Source: Leptogorgia sarmentosa (Eukaryota). From it: DNA of 64,000 nt. The position numbers were made by a program, and so were the translations under genes. The stretch is from assembly GCA_964658305.1 (NCBI GenBank), contig OZ210885.1:20274001-20338000 (forward strand), written 5' to 3'. The notes under the pieces are model-generated. The model did not search any database. It worked only from the letters and a program-made list of their open reading frames with translations, and was not told the origin of the DNA. Below, piece by piece: positions 11,676 through 25,412 of this stretch (positions are counted from its first letter, which is position 1; each line of letters starts with the position of its first letter).

Positions 11676-11825
11676 ACGATAAAGTTTTGGTTAACGAAAT
11701 GCCAAAAGAGTGCTCGATACCATATAGATAGAGCAAATAGTATAGTTTTGCCTCAAAAAGGTGCCACTACAGCCTGTTTCATCCAAAAGGAATCATCAGA
11801 TGGCCCAAAGGAATAATCAGAGCCA
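11676..11825 (-). mobile_element. Short hammerhead-containing retrozyme/pLTR-like repeat, copy 1
   Basis: Near-identical to 47208-47335 and, inverted, to 18502-18596; TA-repeat flanks. Confidence 0.75.
11764..11803 (-). ncRNA. Type I minimal hammerhead ribozyme
   Basis: CCAU-CUGAUGA-UUCC UUUU GGAU-GAAA-CAG G CUG-UA-GUGG: intact core, stem I CCAU/GUGG, GUA cleavage triplet. Confidence 0.8.
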
Positions 11826-12289
11826 TATATATGTATACTTCAGCTATGATAAAGTTATCCGACTTTTGAACAACCGACCTTGCATGATGACATGATGACG
11901 CTGCATGCTACATGCAAGTTGTAGGTTGTTTCGCATTTCCTGCATGATGGACGATCATGTGAGGAATGATGACACGCTTACTTAAAAAAGACCATTCAAT
12001 TTGGATTTTATTCTTCTGTTAATTTTTCAAGCTATTTATGTTGTTTGTTTCAAGGCAATTAATGCAAACAACAGTCACAACAGGATTAACTGACAATAGA
12101 TGCGCTTGGACAATAGATCTATTTATGTTTTTGAAGCTTCATATAATATTACGATGACTCATTGCTAGACTCGGAAATATGGCTAAGTAACTATGTATGA
12201 GATTCAAGACATCTGCTTCAAAATATATATTACAAAAACCTAATAATTGTATGATATGAGTTCATGAATATAGTATTAATATAAGTCAT

Positions 12290-12634
12290 TTGTATGGGAT
12301 GACCATCGGATGTGGGGCCGTTTTGACTGGTCACCACGTGGATAAAATAGACGCTTTCAGTTCTTTTGAAAGCGACTTAATTCTCAAGATGGGACATGAG
12401 ATTTCCAAAGGATTGCAGCATTTGCACTCGAAAGGCATCGTGCATCACGATTTAAAGGCGACGAATATCTTGGTTAGCAATCAACACTATTGCAATTTGA
12501 GTGATTCAGACGCAAAATCAGATATGTTCTTGAAACGACCTGTCGTTTGCAAGTTAGCTGATTTTGGCGAGAGTAGATCTCAGTTGATGCAAACTGCTGC
12601 CGCCAACTACTCCAAAACAAGAAATGTTGACAGG
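12290..12634 (+). pseudogene. Isolated protein kinase exon (subdomains VIa-VII)
   Basis: GLQHLHSKGIVHHDLKATNILV ... CKLADFGESR; donor ACAG|GTAACT near 12633; no other kinase exons found. Confidence 0.75.
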
Positions 12635-12660
12635 TAACTGTAAAATATACCAAATCTAAT

Positions 12661-13052
12661 GGACCAATTGCATAATAGGCAAAATTCATAAAAAGTTCGA
12701 AATAGTACAATTCATAACAATAGCGTGAAAGAGCATCCCAAAATTACTAAAATTGCAAAGTTTGGGTGCAAAATGTTGTAAAATACGGAAAATATAACCG
12801 TGCAAAGTAGGGAAAATTTGTATACTTTTGTATTACGTGTGTGAATTGCTAACTAAATTAGTTACTTCATTTCGCACGTAATACAAATGTATACAAATTT
12901 GCCAATTTCGCACGGTTATATTTTCCGTATTTTACAACATTTCGCACCCAAACTTTGCCATTTTACTAATTTTGGGATGCTCTTTCACGCTATTGTTATG
13001 AATTGTACTATTTCGAACTTTTTAAAAATTTTGTCTATTATGCAATCGGTCC
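12661..13052. mobile_element. Fold-back MITE with AT flanks (ISL2EU-like)
   Basis: AT|GGACCAATTGCATAATAG ... CTATTATGCAATCGGTCC|AT; almost entirely palindromic with ~180-bp arms. Confidence 0.85.
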
Positions 13053-14493
13053 ATTGGAACGCCGAACAAAACAACAGTTCGGAAAATGTTGCAAACGTTG
13101 TTTTTACTGCAAATCAATGGCTTTACTTTGCATGGAACGTTTGTTGTTTATCAAGATTACTTCTTTCCTTTTGAGTATTTTTATTGTTTTGCTGTTACAG
13201 TATAGTACACTGCCAAAAACCGCCAGCGTTTATACAGCTGAAAGTTTTAGCAGCGAAATTGTTTTCTGTTTTTTTCCACAAATTGCAATCTACCAGTGCC
13301 ATCTAATAAATCCCTTAATAACCTCGTTTGCTTGGTCTGTACGGGAAAGTATTGCTATCGGCGAACATGTTTGTCGCTCCTGCATGTATGCTGTCGGCTT
13401 TAGAATTTAGTATTCTGACTATTCTTGGTGAAGCTTTTTAAAATGCCCATAACCTCAACTTTAACATGTAAGGAGAATTTGAATTTGACATTTTGAATAA
13501 AATTTATTATTTAAATATTATCTTTTATTACTGATAAAGGAAATGAAGAAACTCGTTTTGTACATTCAGGGTACAATAATGCACTCGGGAAGTGTTGTGA
13601 CAATACTCGAAAAGCGTGTAAAACACTTGGCTACACCTCGTGTTATATACGCATCTCTCGTATTCTCCCAGAAAAGCACATTTGTTCTTCGTTTCTTAAT
13701 TAATCCACATCCCCTATAGGTAGAGAACTGCAAATTTGCTTGAAAATTCCAGACAAGGATGTAAAAATACATAGCTTGTGAAATTTCAAGGGAGGGGGTA
13801 AAAATAATCCATTTCCAGGCAAGGGCAAAGGGCATTTTCCAAAAATCTCTCGGAAATTCCTGGGGTTACCATGGAAAACTTAGTTTTCAGGAATTCTAGG
13901 GGAGTGTCAAAGTTTAAAAGTCAAGTGTCGTCCATAGGGATGGAGATGGCAAAACGAGACTTATTCCATGCCTGCCATGCCAGGTGTTAACAAAACAAGA
14001 ATTTTAACTGAATTACGAGTTAACTCATTCATCTTATATTTTTTATTCATAACAGAAACATCTGTTTATATGGCGCCAGATATACTTATCCAAATCATGC
14101 CGATTAGAAGTGGCTAGTTTCGAGAATTTGCAAAAATTGGGCATTTGTTGATGTTTTGTTGATTCGTTGATATTTGGGCATTTGGTATGGTGCTAGCACG
14201 TACAGAACTTCGTCGATACGAACTCTCCTCCTGATAGGTTTTTTCCGGTTTATTAGAAAAAAGAACATAAAACATAAAAGAATTACAACTAAACCTAAAT
14301 TGTTCTCGTTCACAGTAATTATCACTTCACAAGCATGTGTTCTTGCACTTCCACTTTTTCACACCCAATTTCTTACAAAATTCCCATTCAGTGCTCTTCA
14401 ATCTGGTTAACCCAAATTTGAAATACCTGTTTCAAATAGATCTGGTTAAGGAGACACCGATACTTGAACAACTCCCTGATATTTTGCTCCAAT

Positions 14494-15789
14494 CAGGGGC
14501 GGATCTAGGATTTTTCGTATGTTAGTCAAAATTCTGTGACGTCATATGTCCTGATGACGTAAGTGATGACGTCATGACAGTAGTTTCATATTATGATCAA
14601 ACAACAGGCGCAGATAATAAGTGTATATTATGTATATTCTATATGCTATGCTATGCTACCACGCGCGCGTAAATAGCATAAGTTATGCAAATGACAGTGC
14701 ATGTTTTAACATAAAGCACATTCTTTAGTTTCTCCATTTTCCATAATTCAACCATGCTCTAAGTATATATATCGGTAATTTGCTGTTCAGCCACCTGCGA
14801 ATTAAACTGTGTGATAAATATTTTCGTAATTTGTATCCAACGCTGTCACATTTCCGCTACTTGGCCTAGAGGTGTTCATAGAATTCACCTCAAAAGATCA
14901 AATTTAGAAGACAAAGGTGACAAATTTATTTTCTTTGTAGTCAGAAAGTAACAAATATATCTTGCATAAAGTGTTACAGACCAAAGATACATTACATATC
15001 AAAGCTTATTAGCAACCTGAAGGCTGAATTTTAATATGATTCAACGATTAGTTTAATATAAAGACATAAGTATTAAAATGTACGCAGTTCGAGACGCAGT
15101 TTAACCTTTCAATCGAACGATTTGTTAAAATGCTAACGGCATTACCCTATTATCGCCATATATATACATACATCTCTTGGTCTGTTGAGATAAAAAGGAA
15201 ATCTACGCCGAAATCCATCTGATGCACGCGAAATCAACATTTCATCGGCTGCGAAATCCTAACATTTTCAATTCGAAAATTTATGTTGTTAGCTTGTTAT
15301 TGTATTGATACGAGATAAGAAGCCAATCAGAGGAGACGTTCTTTACCTTACTTTGCGCAAAATAATCCAATCACAACCCTCCATCTAACTGCTGGATTAT
15401 TAAAAAAATCCACATGCTTTAGTCAAAATTTTGCAATGATTAGTCAAAATATTTTTGACCAATCAACACGCCTGTAATGTGTGGGTAGAGCAAATTGGGC
15501 CAATCAAATTGCATGATCTAAAGCACAGATTAGTCAATTCTCATTCGAATGCCGCTTATTTGACTAATCGGTTGACTAATCAATCGCTGGCTCAAAATGT
15601 GCAAAAACTGATCGAAGTTGAATGCTGGAGTGTGATGGATTTTGATTGCGTATTGCATAATTGAAATTTGAGAAGAGTTTCAATCAGTTGTAAAATAATT
15701 TAGAAACCTTGGTTCAAATTTCCCCCCCCCCCATGCCTTTGCCTTTGTTAGTCGCGTGACTAATCTGACTACCCCTAGATCCGCCCCTG
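14494..15789. mobile_element. Non-autonomous hAT element
   Basis: TIR CAGGGGCGGATCTAGG / CCTAGATCCGCCCCTG; perfect 8-bp TSD GCTCCAAT; subterminal TTAGTCA motifs. Confidence 0.92.
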
Positions 15790-18501
15790 GCTCCAATGTA
15801 AACATCCGAGTGAATCGTGAAAATATTCCCTTCAACAAGAAACAATCTGGGGTCCAATCATGGCACTTAAAGAGAAATGCACTGTTTAGCCCTGCATTTC
15901 GACCTACTGCTTCCGAAGTTTCTGATGAATTTCATCTGCTTTGCAAAGGGTAATAATGTAGTGATTTCCAAAAATGTGATGTCACCAACCGCGGAAAAAA
16001 GGGTTAGTTTCGATTTTTCATCCTAATTATTTAAAGCCAATTTACAATCAATCATCATGCAACTCTCCATTCATCTTACCGTTTATATGTATCTAATTTC
16101 AAAACAGGGAGCAGTTAAGAAAAGAAAAACAAGAAGGCGATCTTGTTATCGATCTTACAAATGAGAAGAGCGTAAGCCAACGGTAATTACCAAGATGCTC
16201 ATCTTGAATTTTAATTATTTAAGAAGGCTCCGTACGCTTTTATCTTCAATGCATGGTTTGTTTCTCGTGTATGTTCGTAAATTTTGAAAAACTATTTAAC
16301 CGTGAAATCTCGCTACAAAATGTTAAATTTCATGCAGTTGCACACAGAAAGGTCGCCACCAATTATACCGCAGATTTATACAGAAAATAAAAATTAAAGA
16401 TGCCATAATAGCCATAATAGCGCAAACACAACTTAAAGAAAAGTCCAGTGAAGAAATATGATTTTTCTCCGTTAATTATAGCAACGAATATGGTCAAGGT
16501 GTTCCAGTTATTGATCTGACAAATCTGGTAGAACAAGACAATCAAAACGATAAACCCAAGTATAAGCTTACTGTCTTTTGACCTCGTTCTCTTTTGATCA
16601 CAACTTATTTTATCTTTTTTTACTACACTACAGCCAATACTACTGAGGATGAGCTCGTGTTCAAACCAAAATGACAAACTCGTTTTTGTTTAGGTTGTCA
16701 GAGAAGTGAACTACGGAGATGAGCAATAGATCAGAATATCTGACCAGAAAAACCATCAATTCAAAACGGTACATAATCATAGACTACAGATAGATTTAAT
16801 GCGATACAGTATATATCATATAAGACAATCCATGTTTCCGACCGTCAAAGCACGTGGCAGACACACATGATCAAACTACAGGAATTCGGACAAACACAAG
16901 GTAGACACACTATACATTTATATAGAGAGGCAACTGTAAAATGGTTAAAAGATGCACATGGGGTACTTGCAAATCTGATTCAAGATAACCAGAACGTTTA
17001 TTCATAAAGACCGAAGGTATAATGGTAAAATTTCACTGTTTCCCATCGGAAAAAAAAGCACAAGGAGCGAAGGGAAGCTTGGATACGGGCATGTTGCCGT
17101 GCTGATGATTTCATTTGCAAGAAAGATAGCTACATATGTAGCTCGCATTTTTTTGGAAAAAACGGCCCGACTGAAGAAAATCCGGATGCGATTCAAGCAA
17201 ACGCTAGCCAGGAAAAGGCAAGTTATTTTAGCCATGCAAATTTATGTACTTATTATTTTAAATAACATGCGCGTATTACTAATCGGCTGAAAGTGACATA
17301 CGTCATTTGATAAATACAATGCCTTTATATTATCATTGTCATTTGTAGATAAAGAGACTAAGTAGAAAAAGAAAGACACCAACAAATAGGCAACCAGTGA
17401 AACGCTGTCGAACAGATGATGGGTGCAATTTGGCAGCTGATTCCTCAATCATTCTTCCTACTGCTTCTCATGAAAGTCTTGCAGAGTCCACAGCGGCGGA
17501 AGCTTTGCTAAATCGATCAAACTCTGGATTTGACGAATCTGTATTTTTCACAAAATCAGTGGACGAAGAAGAGCATGCCAATAAGGATGAAAACACAGCA
17601 AACACATACAAGAAAGCTGACAGTCAACTGACAGAAAAACCTTTACAGGCAACGATAACTAGTAGTACCCATGTATCAACATTATTCAACAATGAAAATG
17701 CTACTTTATTATTGGGTTTAATAACTGTTTGTGTCACTTGAGCTTATCACGATTTGAATATATACTGTATGACAGTAACAGTCTAGTGATGTGAAACTTT
17801 GTGCAGTACATTGCTTGTCCTTTTTACATACCCACACAAAGTGGTATTTAACATACACAGTGACTGTAGTGACCCTGCTTAAATACAATATTGGCCACTA
17901 TATGAATATCAAACAAAAATTTGATAATATTATTGCACTTTCTAAACAAACATTTCCCTCAATGGTATAAAGAGTTTATCTGATAGATGTTTGCAAAACA
18001 AAAAAGATATGCGAAGGAGACTGTTTTTGGAAGTGGTGGAAAATGAAAAGAAATGTGTACACTACACAGGTAATATATATGTTTCTGCAAGCCGTCTAAA
18101 TGCCAGAATAAAGCCATTAATTTTCTGTGTTGTAGGTCTGGATATTACTATTGTATGTGCTCTTTATAACCTTGTTAAAAGGAAAGATGCTCGGCTTCAC
18201 ATGTGGAAGGGCAAAAAGAATACAAGGACATACAATACAAACAGATACTTGAAGGTAGGAATTATTAACATTTCCAAGAGAACTGGTACTTTCCAACCGA
18301 GACAGGTGGGTTTCATGTGGTAACAAATAATGGTCAAAGTTGGAAGTATCACTGTCATTCAGTCTTTCTGAAGAAGGTGAATTAATCATATATAGCAGCT
18401 GCTGCCACACCAAGTTGCTTGATTGTATTGCCTCCTTTTTTCTGTACGAGTACTTTCCATTATCTTTTGCAACATATACAACAACACTGATATATATACA
18501 T

Positions 18502-18596
18502 CTGTAGTGGCACCTTTTTGAGGCAAAACTATACTATTTGCTCTATCTATATGGTATCGAGCACTCTTTTGGCATTTCGTTAACCAAAACTTTGTC
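18502..18596 (+). mobile_element. Retrozyme-like repeat copy 2, truncated a few nt upstream of the predicted cleavage site
   Basis: Begins CTGTAGTGGCACC...; reverse complement of 11676-11772; lies between TA tracts. Confidence 0.75.
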
Positions 18597-18597
18597 A

Positions 18598-18628
<31 letters not shown>

Positions 18629-18994
18629 ATATGTATATATGTATATATGTATATATGTATATATGTATATATGTATATATGTATATATGTATATATGTAT
18701 ATATGTATATATGTATATATGTATATATGTATATATGTATATATGTATATATGTATATATATATGTATATATATGTATATATGTATATATATATGTATAT
18801 ATATGTATATATATATGTATATATATATGTATATATATATGTATATATATATGTATATATATATGTATATATATGTATATGTATATGTATATAATCATCC
18901 TTCGCAATGTGTAACCGTACATCCTGTGCCCAAGTTCAGGAGTTGCCATAAGGCCATTATGGTGATAACCGGGAGGGCACATTGTTATACGTTT

Positions 18995-19046
<52 letters not shown>
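18597..19046. repeat. Compound (TA)n/(TATATG)n microsatellite containing repeat X (18893-18996), in the transposase intron
   Basis: Direct reading of the sequence. Confidence 0.95.
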
Positions 19047-19049
<3 letters not shown>

Positions 19050-22000
19050 TTTCATTTTCAGCAAAAATATAGCCTCACAAAGCTGTCAACTTGGGAACAG
19101 CTTATCCTCACTCTTGTCAGGTTGAGACGAAGGCTAACAATCACTGTTCTTGCGGATGTTTTCGGTATTGCATCTGGTACTGCAAGTCATTTTATTATCA
19201 CTTGGATATTGTTTTTAGAAAAGGAACTGGCCTTTCTTTTAAAGTTCCCAACTGTTTCGGAGATGGAAGGCATAATATTTCCAAAAGCATTTAGAAGAAT
19301 TGCTGATTTGCCTGCAGTTATAGACTGCACTGAGTTTTACATTGAAACTCCAAATAGACTACCAAGCCAAAGGTGAACTTACAGTAGCTACAAATCTAGA
19401 AACACTTTTAAGCTACTGGTTTCCATTTCTCCTCTTGCCCACATAAACTTTGTGTGTAATCTGTACAGCAGTAGTATAAGCGACAAGGAAATTGTACGAC
19501 AAAGTGGCTTCTTAGAAGAGCTGCAGCCAGGTGATGTTGTGATGAGTGACAGGGGATTCAACATTCAAGAGCTGCTGGCCCTCCGTGAGGCCAAACTGCT
19601 TGCTCCACCAATTATGAGCAAGGGTGCTGCATCATCGAAAGCCTCGACTGCCACAAGAAGGATAGCCAGAGTACGTATTCATGTTGAACGAATCATCCGA
19701 AAGCTGAAATGCTTCTCCATTTTACGAGGAGTAATACCACTAATGCTGAAACCATATGTCACATCTATTGTTAAAGTGTGTTCAGCTATTGTAAACCTGC
19801 AACCTAGTATTATTGATGATGATGAACTTTGACAACGTACAGAATGAAGAAAAACAAATTTATGTCTTGTATTTATTCATTGAAAGCAGTGTTTGCAAAT
19901 ATCGTCTTTGCTCTGTTCTTTTTTGTTCTGCGAGCTCAGCAGGAAACCAGTTGTGCACAATATCACAATAATGATGTGGATTGTCTTCATACATTTCCAT
20001 TTCCTGACAAAAATGTTAACAAACATTACAACAAATGAATATTCTACTTACGTACCTTTTTCAAATTAGCTAATCTACATGTGTTCTGTAATTTATTCCA
20101 TGCTAAGATGGTTATACCATATACCTCTTAGGAAATGCTTCAGAAAGAAATACACATATATTCCACAGTTGTTGCTAGAGATTGGCTGCTGTGGTACATG
20201 CAACAGCAAAAACTTTGTATCGTACAGAAACATAGATTATAAATAGTCAACACAGACATATTTAAAATTGTCCAGTTTAGATACTGGATTAAACATCTTC
20301 AGTCAACTTTTTTACCTTTAGAACTTTACGAGTGAGCATTTGATGTCTTTCTGGTAGATGAAATTTGGTGACAAGGTGTTGAATGAACCTTAAAAATAGA
20401 ATGAAACTATATATGATTTTTTATATACAACCTTTACAGTAAATGCTCTTTACTGAGGTGCTGGTATATATATACCTGGAAATATGACTGATTTCAGTTT
20501 CCCTCGTGCCAATATACTATGTCAGTGAGTCCATAATCAGTATATGCCTTGGAGTTATTGCTGCCAACAACCAATGCATGCTGTATTGAACAGAAATGAT
20601 AATTGAAAGTGAAAATTAGCCCATTGTATTCCACCAAGGTGCTGTGCATGATTCATTAAAGCAGGTTGTATGACAAAGCATATTCTTACTTTCTGTTTAT
20701 AGGAATAACTAAATAATCTTCATCTAATAATTCTGGTTTCAGAAACATCTCTGCTTTCTCCCTTCTTTCACACCTTAAAAAATCGTTATCACCAACACAG
20801 TAAGTTGAGATCCACAGTTTTTAAATTATGACACATTATCATTGACAAACCTTGAATATTTTAACATTCCTTCTTGCTCACCACACAATACTGTATAAAA
20901 GAAGGTACTCACAACTGGAAAATGGCAACATAGATCTCTAAAGAAAAGGAAAAAAAATGGAACAATGTAGGAAGAATGGAAGTGTTAATGACAAATAGTT
21001 TGGATATATTACATACCCAATTAACATTGTTACAATATTGTCATTTAACATTTGTTGAGGCAAAAGGCCATCAATACAGGACTGGTAGATGTCTACACCA
21101 TGAACTTTGATTGACAAAGTTTTGTCAGGTTTGGTATATGCAGTAATTGGGTTCTCTTCCTCTTCATTCGTCACATACATTTCCATACTGCCTAGAAGGA
21201 AAATCATCTCATTTAAGTTCATACCAGTGGCGTGCGATCCAGCGAGCGCAGGCAAGCGCTGCTTGCCGTGACATTTAGATCTCAAAAAATATTCGAAGAT
21301 AATTTCGAAATCAACAATGTTAGAATCTTTGTTGATAAAGCAGGTTAACAACATTGTTTATTACAGCACTTGTTTAAGCCAGAATACGTGATGTTAGCAT
21401 CTATATATATCATTGCAAGCTCGAGGTTTCAAGTTTCGATATTTTTCGTGGTCTGTCAATTACTTCTAGACGTTTCGTCAGAAGAAAATCGTAGGAAGTG
21501 GGTTAATAGGGCTTATTTATATCTTTGAACGCGTATTGGTTGTTGTTATGCTGTGCCCTTCACAAAAATTCCGGTTATTTCTTCATTATTAACCAAGGCA
21601 AGCACGCTTGACAATGATAATTCAGCTATTGCGCACGAGCTAAGTCAACTTTCACTGTCTGCTATTCGAGGAATATAGGCGAACTGCAAGCGGCGCTTCT
21701 AAGGAACGCCGCTCCATTGACAATTGGTCAACTATCAATCCTAACATGTTTGTTATATGATACTTTCAGAACTAGCTTTCGCAATTCAAATACCAATTAA
21801 TGGTATTGACTCTGATCTTTGCATATTGTGGAGTGAATTAACTTGCAGTAGTTGTTGTCTTCATGTATTACTGAATTTTATGAAAGCATTTTGAATCAGA
21901 AGATAAGGTTTGTATTTAAGCTTTAGGGCACCATTCTCTAGTGTATTCGAATATACATATATGCACATCATTTATTTGCGACTCAAACGCGCATACAAAT

Positions 22001-22194
22001 TGTATACTTGTATAATTGTATTCTAGAGCTCTCGTAACCTGAAATATTCGCTAACTGCCCAAGCCCAACTGATATTTACAAGTAAATCTAACATTATATA
22101 TACTATCTACTATATAATCTGAATATGAATATTAGTGCCCAGCAAGCGATTTTTAATGCATACATATTAAAACCATCCAGTTTTATATAAAATT

Positions 22195-22240
22195 TATTGC
22201 TAACGTTTCGTTGCTACATCGCAACATCATCAGAGCTATA
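22195..22240 (-). ncRNA. Minimal hammerhead ribozyme in the left pLTR (core intact)
   Basis: CUGAUGA-U-GUUGC(gaugua)GCAAC-GAAA-CGUUA; palindromic stem III AACGUU. Confidence 0.7.
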
Positions 22241-25200
22241 ATGATAATGTAATAGTTGCTGTATCTGTGTATACATGATTATATAAGTTTTATATTACAA
22301 ACGGTTAAAATTCAAATACAAAAGAACAAATAAGAAAAGATTTAGAAAAACAATTATGTCAAAAGCAGGAATAAGTTCATTAGTTGTTACAGAAAATTAA
22401 GTCATCAGGACAAGTTCGAGTGGGATTAGTGATTAAAAAGATACAGCGGTGTAGAAGAGATATTATTATTGAGGACAGGTTTGAATTTAGAGATGAGGAG
22501 ACTTTCACATATTTCGAGATCAAACTTAGAGTTACTTGATGTTAGTATAGTAAAGTCAGAATCAGAAATAGTGTGTTTAGTGAAATGATGGTGAGTTAGA
22601 ACAGCAGACATTTGAGAGACTGAGAGCTTATTCCCAGTTCTAGACGAAACTCCCATATGTTCTGAGATTCGCGTCACAGGATTGACACTTATATTTGTAC
22701 CCAACATGCGTTCTCATAGCAAAAGGAATTCGGTCCTTGAATGGAAAAAAGTCAGACAGTCTACATGTGACATCTAGATGTGGGTAAGCTGATGAAAATA
22801 ATTTACGAAGTTGCGTGCGTAGTTGCAGACCATGTTGGCCTGTGTACGGTAGGCAAAAGTAAAAAGTTTTCTTTGAGCATGAATGAACAGGAAGTTTAGG
22901 TGAGAATATTTTGTCGAGAAAAGATCTGATGCAGTTATCAATAAGAGAAGCTGGATAACCGTTGCAAGAAAATATTTGTTTAAAGTTCTGAAGTTCGCAG
23001 TGGAAAGAATGATAGGAGGAACAAATATTAAAGTAGCGTGAGATCAAAGAAAGGAGTAGGCCTTTCTTGTATGTCATAGGAATAAAGCTGTTAAAGTTAG
23101 TAAAGAGTCCTGTTGAAGTTAGTTTGTGAAACACAGAAGTGGAAAAGTGACCATTTGTCTGTGTGATGTTAATGTCAAGAAAGGATAGTGTGCCATTGTT
23201 TTCTAATTTGTGCGTAAACTGATTGTTAGGATGTTTAGAGTTGAGATAGTCAAGGAAAGGAACAACTTGTTACTTGGATTCAAAGATAAGGAAGCAGTCA
23301 TCAACGTAGCGTCTGTAGAACATAGGTTTAAAAGTATGAGGACAATCAGCTAACCAAGAGCGTTCATGGATGCTTTTGATGATAAAGTTTACCGTCAAAA
23401 ATAAAGTGGCAGTTTTACTATACACCACCCAAATCTATATTCTCCGACGATGAACACAAAGTAATTAAATCTCTCCATGAGGACGATACAATTTATCTGA
23501 TTAAACCTGACAAGGGAAATGGTGTGGTTATCATCAATCGTGCAGACTATAAGGAAAGAATGCAAGATATCCTAAGCGACAAGACGAAATTTGACCTCGT
23601 TGATAACACCATGCTAAAAGAGACTTTAACTAAAGAAACTAATTACTAACTTACTAAAGGAACTTAAATGCGAAGAAATCATTTCTGAACGGCAATTTGA
23701 TGAACTTAAGCCAATTGGCTCCCGTCTTGGCATTCTATATGGACTTCCTAAAGTACATAAACCTAATTTACCTCTTAGACCAATAATCTCTTCTATAGGA
23801 ACTTATTGTTATAATGTTGCTAAATTCTTCGTTCCTCTTCTTCGCCCTTTCTCCACTAATCCTTTAACCATAACTGACACATTCCCTTTTGTTAAATAAT
23901 TACTTAATTTACCCTTTAACACAACTAACGTTATAATGGCTAGCTTTGACATCAAATCCCTATTCACTAATATTCCTCTTGACGAGACGATTGACATTAT
24001 TGTTAACAAATTCTTTTCTAACTCTTCCCACTTTCACGGTTTAACTATTCAACAATTTACTGACCTACTGAGTATCACTGTTAAAAACTGCCACTTTATT
24101 TTCGACGGTAAACTTTATCATCAAAAGGATGGTGTAGCTATGGGCTCTCCCCTTGAACCTTTGTTTGCTAACATTTTCCTATCATTCCATGAACGCTTTT
24201 GGTTAGCTGATTGTCCTCATACTTTTAAACCTATGTTCTACAGACGCTACGTTGATGACTGCTTCCTTATCTTTGAATCCAAGTAACAAGTTGTTCCTTT
24301 CCTTGACTATCTCAACTCTAAACATCCTAACATTCAGTTTACGCACGAATTAGAAAACAATGGCACACTATCCTTTCTTGACATTAACATCACACGGACA
24401 AATGGTCACTTTTCCACTTCTGTGTTTCACAAACTAACTTCAACAGGACTCTTTACTAACTTTAACAGCTTTATTCCTATGACATACAAGAAAGGCCTAC
24501 TCCTTTCTTTGATCTCACGCTACTTTAATATTTGTTCCTCATTCTTTCCACTGCGAACTTCAGAACTTTAAACAAATATTTTCTTGCAACGGTTATCCAG
24601 CTTCTCTTATTGATAACTGCATCAGATCTTTTCTCGACAAAATATTCTCACCTAAACTTCCTGTTCATTCATGCTCAAAGAAAACTTTTTACTTTTGCCT
24701 ACCGTACACAGGCCAACATGGTCTGCAACTACGCACACAACTTCGTAAATTATTTTCATCAGCTTACCCACATCTATCAATCCACTTTGTCTTTTCATCC
24801 TATGTGTAGACTGTCTGACTTTTTTCCATTCAAGGACCGAATTCCTTTTGCTATGAGATCGCATGTTGGGTACAAATATAAGTGTCAATGCTGTGACGCA
24901 TTGTATGTTGGTCAAACACGCCGACATATACACACGCGAATTTCAGAACATATGGGAGTTTCGTCTAGAACTGGGAATAAGCTCTCAGTCTCTCAAATGT
25001 CTGCTGTTCTAACTCACCATCATTTCACTAAACACACTATTTCTGATTCTGACTTTACTATACTAACATCAAGTAACTCTAAGTTTGATCTCAAAATACG
25101 TGAAAGTCTCCTCATCTCTAAATTCAAACCTGTCCTCAATAATAATATCTCTTCTACACCTCTGTATCTTTTTAATCACTAATCCCACTCGAACTTGACC

Positions 25201-25366
25201 TGATCACTTAATTTTCTGTAACAACTAATGAACTTATTCCTGCTTTTGACATATTGTCTTTCTAAATCTTTTCTTATTTGTTCTTTTGTATTTGAATTTT
25301 AACCGTTTGTAATATAAAACTTATATAATCATGTATATATAGATACACCAACTATTATATTATCAT

Positions 25367-25412
25367 TATAGCTCTGATGATGTTGCGATGTAGCAACAAA
25401 ACGTTAGCAATA
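25367..25412 (+). ncRNA. Hammerhead ribozyme in the right pLTR with G12-to-A core mutation (likely inactive)
   Basis: CTGATGATGTTGCGATGTAGCAAC-AAAA-CGTTA versus GAAA in the other copy. Confidence 0.6.

Larger units (their letters stand above)
16941..19832 (+). pseudogene. THAP + HTH + DDE_Tnp_4 transposase, spliced, with stops and frameshifts
   Basis: MVKRCTWGTCKSDSR*...FHCFP...WIRACCR...YICSSHF (THAP); VIDCTEFYIETP, VMSDRGFNI, RIHVERII (catalytic D, D, E); TGA at 19374. Confidence 0.85.

Noticed and set aside
18386..19072. Long Y/I/C/M-rich ORFs on both strands
   Set aside because: Translations of the (TA)n/(TATATG)n microsatellite, which lacks stop codons.
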